DNA of 64,000 nucleotides from an uncultured delta proteobacterium (GTDB lineage Bacteria; Desulfobacterota; Binatia; Binatales; Binataceae): NCBI GenBank assembly GCA_963814715.1, contig CAWFDW010000001.1, positions 910,184 to 974,183 of the forward strand, read 5' to 3'. Shown piece by piece: positions 58,738 to 64,000 of this stretch (position 1 is its first letter; each line of letters starts with the position of its first letter). The notes under the pieces were generated by a model. It saw only the letters and a program-made list of their open reading frames with translations, ran no database searches and was not told where the DNA came from. The position numbers and the translations under genes were made by a program.

Positions 58738-60926
58738 ACCAATTTATGGCGAGGAACACTGTTCGCTTCGCCGGGGCAGCGACGGTTAAACCCGTCGCTG
58801 CTTTGCCAATTGGATTCAGGACTGGAGGGTTAGCAGAGCAAAAGCCTCCGGTTAAAACTGTTCCTCCTCCGCCGCCCGCTGCTTTGCCCTTGATGAGTTC
58901 TCAAACCGGCAATTTATTTGTCGATCGAAATGACGCCAACTTGCACTGGTACCTCCCCGACTTCACGCCGGCTCAAGACGTCGATTCAGGATTTTCATTC
59001 GTAGCAAGCCAATCTGGCCAGGACCAAAATGGAAATCCATTCAATACAGCACGGCTGACGCTAGGAGTTCTTAAGGTTGAGCCGGATGACGTCCTGAAGT
59101 TTTCGCAAGCAAACCCTGCGGCAAAACTTCAGGAAATTCCACTCGCAGAAATATCGGCCACCTTGGTTAGTTACTACACAGACGAGGCGGGTCAGCAGCA
59201 GCAAAGAGGATTCCGGGCAACCATCCTGGACACCGGCAATAAGAATTTTCTACTGACGTTTGACGGTTCGATTTTGGGCTCGTCAGTGGTCGGACTATAC
59301 GAAGATCTCACGATGTTCGGGAAGGCAGTCATCAACCTTTCGGCTTCATACGAAGCATGGGCTCAACGCGGAGGCTTGTTTATTCCGACCCATTTCGCGC
59401 AGAGCGCTGTTTTAAAAACCCTAGCTCCAGAGCCTCCGCCAACGAAGGCGCCAATGTTGGATGTTAAGCCGCAGATGATGGCCGTTGCGCCTGCCAATCG
59501 GATGCGATCATTTGTCCCATTGATGGCACAGCAACATACGGGCGCCCCTCAGCAACCTGCCAGCGACACACTTGTGCAGACAAGGCAGTCATGGTCGAAG
59601 TCATTGCCACTGGGCCTGAAATACAAGCAGGACGGCTATCAACTCAAATTTACGGTTTCAACCGCGACAATTCCTAGCCACGTGATTCGCGATGCTAGTG
59701 ACCTTAAGGCCTTCTCTTTGAGCCAAACGGAATTTACGGAGCTAAAGGCGCTCGGAGACGTGAGACAGAGATACCCGACCCTGAGCGCCCTCTATATCGG
59801 TGTTCTCAGTAGAACGATCGTCGTGATTCCGAGAAGTTATTCAATCGTTCGCGGCCGGCTTGGATGCGCTGCCTTGTGCATGGCTTTGGTAGATAGTTCC
59901 GCAGCAGATGGCAGCAAATGCAAGTTCGAGTTCGACTTCACAATCGCGCCCGCGGTTAGCCGCATCGAATTCCTTAAGCTCACCCAGGAGATTGCGAGTC
60001 GAGAAGATCTTAAGGGTTTCACGCCCAAGTTGCCGGAGTTTCAGCGCGACACTCCTCCGTCGACTCTTCAGACGGAATTCAAAAGTAGCGTCCAGTTTAA
60101 CGCTGGTATCGACCCTCACACTTTCGCCGTAACTGTTTCGATTCTCGACGACGCCTCTCAGACGCCCGCCGTTGCCAATGCGAATCTCTTCATATCGCGG
60201 CTTTCCTCAAATACCGGAACCGACCTTGTCGGCTCGTTGAGCGTGAAACTTGATGATGGTTACCCGGACTCTATCCTACCGACGATCGACTTGAATTTCG
60301 CACATACGGTAGGCACCGATGAGATCGTTGTGGAACTTGAGGAAGCTTCAGCTCAGGTTAAACTAACCAATGACTCGCCGCTCGATCTTCAGCTTTCGCG
60401 CTACGCGCTCATAGAGGGAGCGACCATTGCTGAGGTAGATGGCCTCCTTTCGCTCCCTGCAAATGGCTCCTTATTCGTTCCTCTGCCGGAGGACCATAGC
60501 GACTTGATGCTAGCCGCGGACTCGCAACTGGTCATTCCGAATCCTATGACGAAGTCAGATGTCGCGCGGCTCCTTCATTTTCAAACTGCTGATGTTCAGG
60601 AAACTCAATACGTCGTGGCGGTGGATGGTTCCGGCATAGACTTTAATGAAGTCGATTCAGTCGTGTGTACCATCACGTTCAGCAATCTATCGAGTGTGGT
60701 GCCTCGATCTTTGAAGCTCAACAAGAACCTTCGCGCGGACAGCACACACATTGTAATCCCGCTGGAAAACGCCGTGTTTTCTCTGCTTGGTACGGTTAAT
60801 CTGGCCGTTCACTTTGTCGTTACCGGACCGAGTGATCTGAACTTCACACTCGAGAATGATTTCACGTCCGAGCCGGTTTTGATCATACTCCAAAGCGCCA
60901 TCGATAAGAATCTTTCCAAGAGTTAG
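58734..60926 (+). CDS. orphan 730-aa protein (P2), no recognisable domain
   Basis: ATG 58734 overlaps the P1 stop (ATGA). Pro-rich segments at aa 36-52 and ~231-278. The rest is beta-rich. No signal peptide. Confidence 0.85.
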   Translation: MNQFMARNTVRFAGAATVKPVAALPIGFRTGGLAEQKPPVKTVPPPPPAALPLMSSQTGNLFVDRNDANLHWYLPDFTPAQDVDSGFSFVASQSGQDQNGNPFNTARLTLGVLKVEPDDVLKFSQANPAAKLQEIPLAEISATLVSYYTDEAGQQQQRGFRATILDTGNKNFLLTFDGSILGSSVVGLYEDLTMFGKAVINLSASYEAWAQRGGLFIPTHFAQSAVLKTLAPEPPPTKAPMLDVKPQMMAVAPANRMRSFVPLMAQQHTGAPQQPASDTLVQTRQSWSKSLPLGLKYKQDGYQLKFTVSTATIPSHVIRDASDLKAFSLSQTEFTELKALGDVRQRYPTLSALYIGVLSRTIVVIPRSYSIVRGRLGCAALCMALVDSSAADGSKCKFEFDFTIAPAVSRIEFLKLTQEIASREDLKGFTPKLPEFQRDTPPSTLQTEFKSSVQFNAGIDPHTFAVTVSILDDASQTPAVANANLFISRLSSNTGTDLVGSLSVKLDDGYPDSILPTIDLNFAHTVGTDEIVVELEEASAQVKLTNDSPLDLQLSRYALIEGATIAEVDGLLSLPANGSLFVPLPEDHSDLMLAADSQLVIPNPMTKSDVARLLHFQTADVQETQYVVAVDGSGIDFNEVDSVVCTITFSNLSSVVPRSLKLNKNLRADSTHIVIPLENAVFSLLGTVNLAVHFVVTGPSDLNFTLENDFTSEPVLIILQSAIDKNLSKS

Positions 60927-60967
60927 CTCAAACGTCTCTAAGTCATCAAGTTTCTTGTTCGACTGTC

Positions 60968-62743
60968 TTATGGGTTTGGCGCGGGAGCGGCATCAACACA
61001 ATTCCAGCTGCCGTCGAATCGGGCGATTTGGACTGCGCCGTTGATCGCGCGAAAACTCACTGCCGCATTTCCAGCCTCATCGACATAGGCAGTCGGATCG
61101 GAGGCCGCGTCGGGACATACCACACGCGTAGCCCAGGTTCCCGCATCGTCGAAGATTTCATTTATCGTACCGTCAAGTGAGCGATAGACGATGTGTATCG
61201 TAGAGGCGACGACCGCCGATGGATTGCCGATGCAAACTGGAGCGTTGGTCGCCGAAGTCAGATTCGTTGCGTTCAAGCTGTCGCGTTCGATCTGCCAGAT
61301 TTCTCCGCGGAGCGCGCGGAAAATGATGCGCGGTGCCTGGCCGCTCGCAGCATAGGCAGCCGGCCGGAAGGTCGCCGCTGGAATTGCACCTGCGCCAGTT
61401 GAGCCGGCGGACAAATCCGTCGGCGCAGCGCTGCCCGCGGACGCCGTCAGATCGATCAAATGACCATCATCGCCGGCCCGCGAAACGATATGGAGGGCGC
61501 CCTCATGGACGTAAGCGACGGCGCTTCCCGAGGTCACCTTGCCGGTGGAGTCTTTCAGATTTTCCGGACTCCACGTCCCACCTGCGAGCGTCATATGGAC
61601 CTGATTGTCGTATTCATCCCAATAGACCACGTGGACATCGTTACCGAGCACCGTGATGAACGGGTCGCCGATCGCGACGCCGCCGGTGATGTCGGATAGC
61701 GACCACGCCCCACCGGCAACCGGACGCGCGATTGCATAAATGTGATCGTCGGTCGCGCGATAGACGATCACCTGCTCATTGCCACCACAGATCGCGGCGG
61801 GATCGCCGGCTGCCAATGGCATATCGGAAATGGTGGAAAGGTCTTCCTCCTGCCACGCGCCGGCGTCGAATTTGAGCAGATGGAGGCTGCCATCGGGATT
61901 CGCATACGCGATGAAACTGAGATTGCCAACGCGGTGGGGAGCGGTTCGCCCCAAGTCGGCCATCGCGCGCAGAACATGGATGCCGCCGTGAGTTACATCG
62001 AAGTCAATGTCGTAAGCGGTGAAGCCGTGACTATTCATCATCGCGGCCGGAGTGAAAGGCGTGTACTGCCAGATGAACCATGACCTTCCAACCCACGGCC
62101 CCGGGATATTGGCCGCGAGCGGATTATGAGTTTCGCGAACGTTATAACGCGCGTCGCCAGCCGCCGTCGCCGCATTTCTGAAGGCCGGCGTAAGCGGGTT
62201 CGGTGGATTGTCCAAATCGATCCCGTTGAAGACGCGGGGAGTATAAGACTTTACCCACAGCGGATAGTCGCCGAAATGAGCGACATCATTGGCCGCGTAG
62301 TCCCTTTTGCCGGAGAGATGACCCCACGCGCTGGCGCTGGTGTAAATAATCGGTGAGCGCCCGAGCCTGGTTTCCACGGTGTCGAGGAACGCTTCGAGTT
62401 CCTGGCGCCAGTCGGCGGCGGTGGCGGGTTCGTGCTGCGCCGGAGCGAGCGCACTGTTTTCAAAATCCATCGCCGGCGGCAGATCGCCTGGACCCAGTCG
62501 CCGCAGCGCCGCGACCATCAAGTCGGCTTGCACGTCACCGGAATCGGCGTCGGTATGGCGATAGTAATGATAGGCGCCACGGATGATTCCATTGGCCCGG
62601 GTATCCGTCCAACGATTGGGGAATTGAGCGTCGGGTTGATAGTTACTTTCGGTACATTTGTGAATGATGAAGGTAATGCCGGCGGCGCGGAGGTCGTCCC
62701 ACGAAGGCAGAGGGTTCGGTCCGTAAACGTCGATGCCATCCAT
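60968..62743 (-). CDS. GH25 muramidase (lysozyme) fused to a 7-bladed lectin-like beta-propeller
   Basis: GGAGG lies 5 nt upstream. GIDVYG...AGITFIIHKCTES...GIIRGAYHYY...AMDFE is GH25-like. Seven repeats of h-h-[YF]-R-x-x-x-G-x-[IL]...G-x-W follow. No signal peptide. Confidence 0.85.
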   Translation of the reverse strand: MDGIDVYGPNPLPSWDDLRAAGITFIIHKCTESNYQPDAQFPNRWTDTRANGIIRGAYHYYRHTDADSGDVQADLMVAALRRLGPGDLPPAMDFENSALAPAQHEPATAADWRQELEAFLDTVETRLGRSPIIYTSASAWGHLSGKRDYAANDVAHFGDYPLWVKSYTPRVFNGIDLDNPPNPLTPAFRNAATAAGDARYNVRETHNPLAANIPGPWVGRSWFIWQYTPFTPAAMMNSHGFTAYDIDFDVTHGGIHVLRAMADLGRTAPHRVGNLSFIAYANPDGSLHLLKFDAGAWQEEDLSTISDMPLAAGDPAAICGGNEQVIVYRATDDHIYAIARPVAGGAWSLSDITGGVAIGDPFITVLGNDVHVVYWDEYDNQVHMTLAGGTWSPENLKDSTGKVTSGSAVAYVHEGALHIVSRAGDDGHLIDLTASAGSAAPTDLSAGSTGAGAIPAATFRPAAYAASGQAPRIIFRALRGEIWQIERDSLNATNLTSATNAPVCIGNPSAVVASTIHIVYRSLDGTINEIFDDAGTWATRVVCPDAASDPTAYVDEAGNAAVSFRAINGAVQIARFDGSWNCVDAAPAPNP

Positions 62744-62939
62744 AAAGCCTCCGAACTAATCCGCACGCTCCTCGCATGGAAACATATGGCGAACAAGCGT
62801 GACTCGGATTGTGACAAATCGGCCGGCGCTCACAGTTACCACCAATAGCGACAACTTGCGGCACAGGGGTCCTCTTAGCAGACGTTCAACCGAAGTCGCC
62901 AGCGCTTGCGGTCCAGTGGTCGCGACACGGGACAATTCT

Positions 62940-63046
62940 GGGCGCCCGGAGCGCGAGCACTATAACGAGAGCCGACCTCACACTTCGCGGGCTACGTTCC
63001 ATCCAGGGAATTTGCGCAACTGGCCGCGGGGAACGGCGGCCCATGA
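62940..63046 (+). pseudogene. C-terminal remnant of an rve-type (IS3/IS481-like) transposase
   Basis: EHYNESRPHTS followed, after a 1-nt frame switch, by GYVPSREFAQLAAGNGGP*, which matches the W-x-x-x-YN-x-x-RPH-S-x-LGY-x-x-P-x-EF transposase tail. No upstream catalytic part. Confidence 0.35.
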
Positions 63047-63304
63047 ACCCGGATTGCTCACTCCTAGTCTGGAGTAGGAATCGGGGGACCCTCAATAACC
63101 GGCGGACTCTGTCTGCCAAAGTGAATGTCCCCTCCGACCCTGACGAACGGAAGGTGGACGCTGCGCAGCATTCGAACGTCTTGGCTGCCTACGGCTACCG
63201 TCTACAAGCTTCTTCCGTGAACGCCAAGTCTCTGATTTTAAAGATTAACTGCTTTTCGGCCTTCTCTCGGGCCATTTCTAGGCGTCAAGCAATTTCGCGA
63301 GGCA

Positions 63305-64000
63305 TCAAAGACCTAATCGCTTCCTTATGCGCTCGGCGATCGACTGTATCGTTTCTTGAAACATCGGGCGCTGCATCATCATGCTTTCGATATGTCGAAT
63401 GGCGTGCAGGACTGTTGAGTGGTCGCGATCGAAAACATCGCCGATTCGCGCGAACGATGAATTCGTAATCAATCGGCAGAGATATATCGCGCTCATACGC
63501 CCTAAAGCGATTCGTGCAATGCGGCTCTTGCTGAAGATCTTCGCGGGCGTTAGTCGGAACTGGTCGCAAACCTCTTGAACGATGATCAAACTTGCAGCGT
63601 CGAGCGGCCTCTTCTCGGCGCCGGCCGGCAGGGAGTCAGCTTCTGACGCTGCGGAGACAGTCCGCGCTGATTGCATTTTAGTTCCAACAGGCAACTCGAA
63701 CTCAAACATGGCGCCGCGATCGGGGTTCTGGAACGCCAAGATTCTGCCGCGGTGGTTTTCGATGATCGAACGGACGGCGGGGAGACCCAACCCCATTCCA
63801 CTCGCTTTGGTCGCAGCGAAAGACTCGAACCGGCGCGGCGCGGTCTTCGGATCGATGCCCGTGCCGGAATCCCACACCGACACACGTACCCAGTCGGTTT
63901 TAACCTGAGCCGCGATTAAAGATACCTCGCGAGGTGCTTCACCCTCGCAGACTGATTCGAACGCGTTGAAGACAAGGATCAAGATGGCCCCTGTGAGTTG
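63305..64000 (-). CDS. histidine kinase (5' part outside window) with HATPase_c fused to a C-terminal DnaA domain-IV (Bac_DnaA_C) HTH
   Basis: The frame is open to the window edge (QLTGAILILVFNAFES is the N-box). VWDSGTGID...GMGLGLPAVRSII is the HATPase part. The C-terminus IFSKSRIARIALGRMSAIYLCRLITNSSFARIGDVFDRDHSTVLHAIRHIE is colinear with E. coli DnaA [52 protein letters not shown]. Confidence 0.8.
   Translation of the reverse strand, partial: QLTGAILILVFNAFESVCEGEAPREVSLIAAQVKTDWVRVSVWDSGTGIDPKTAPRRFESFAATKASGMGLGLPAVRSIIENHRGRILAFQNPDRGAMFEFELPVGTKMQSARTVSAASEADSLPAGAEKRPLDAASLIIVQEVCDQFRLTPAKIFSKSRIARIALGRMSAIYLCRLITNSSFARIGDVFDRDHSTVLHAIRHIESMMMQRPMFQETIQSIAERIRKRLGL

Noticed and set aside
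1-64000. Search for rRNA, tRNA, CRISPR arrays, integrases and phage structural genes
   Set aside because: No cloverleaf-compatible sequence, no spaced direct-repeat array and no recombinase or capsid/tail-like ORF was seen by eye. tRNAscan-SE, Infernal and a CRISPR finder should confirm.

Overview
High-GC bacterial chromosome segment. Hand-counted 60-nt lines in core genes give 37/60 and 41/60 GC. Sigma-54 enhancer-binding proteins, lipobox lipoproteins and DUF1329 proteins point to a Gram-negative-type organism; F420/FMN luciferase-like oxidoreductases are also present. I cannot name the organism. I saw no rRNA, tRNA or CRISPR array. The ORF track prints M for GTG/TTG starts, several track ORFs carry spurious N-terminal extensions, and many long antisense ORFs are GC shadow ORFs. 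Layout: (i) 0-6.4 kb holds envelope and sugar genes: acyltransferase-3, tautomerase, a P-loop ATPase with C-terminal OmpR-type wHTH, and mannose-1-P guanylyltransferase. (ii) 7-13.7 kb holds a histidine kinase, DUF1329, PGPGW and an NtrC-type regulator with two sigma-54 promoter-like sites, then a Crp/Fnr regulator. (iii) 14.8-24.6 kb is a catabolic cluster: Amidohydro_2, a cis-diol-dehydrogenase-like SDR, Rieske oxygenase alpha and beta, two LLM oxidoreductases, DinB, TetR, and two adjacent acyl-CoA dehydrogenases, the first with a 1-nt frameshift. (iv) 24.6-27.8 kb is an accessory patch of orphan secreted proteins. (v) 27.8-31.2 kb holds an SDR, DUF417, a crotonase and an AhpD-like protein. 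(vi) 31.8-36.2 kb is a signalling cluster: HK, FixJ-type RR, CheY-like RR and a GAF-PAS sigma-54 activator. (vii) 36.6-48.1 kb holds otsBA, a second DUF1329, a crotonase, a GNAT, an 837-aa kelch/galactose-oxidase-like secreted protein and a patatin lipoprotein. (viii) 49.3-62.8 kb is the most unusual part, a partly low-GC locus. It combines a small aerolysin-like pore-former candidate, two cell-wall-type glycosidases without signal peptides (PG_binding_1+GH46-like, and GH25 fused to a 7-bladed propeller), an orphan membrane protein, an 1125-aa periplasmic/polytopic protein, and two translationally coupled orphan proteins of 673 and 730 aa. A transposase remnant follows it. (ix) The right edge carries a partial histidine kinase whose ATPase domain is fused to a DnaA domain-IV DNA-binding domain. 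All family calls are by-eye motif recognition, and no database search was run.
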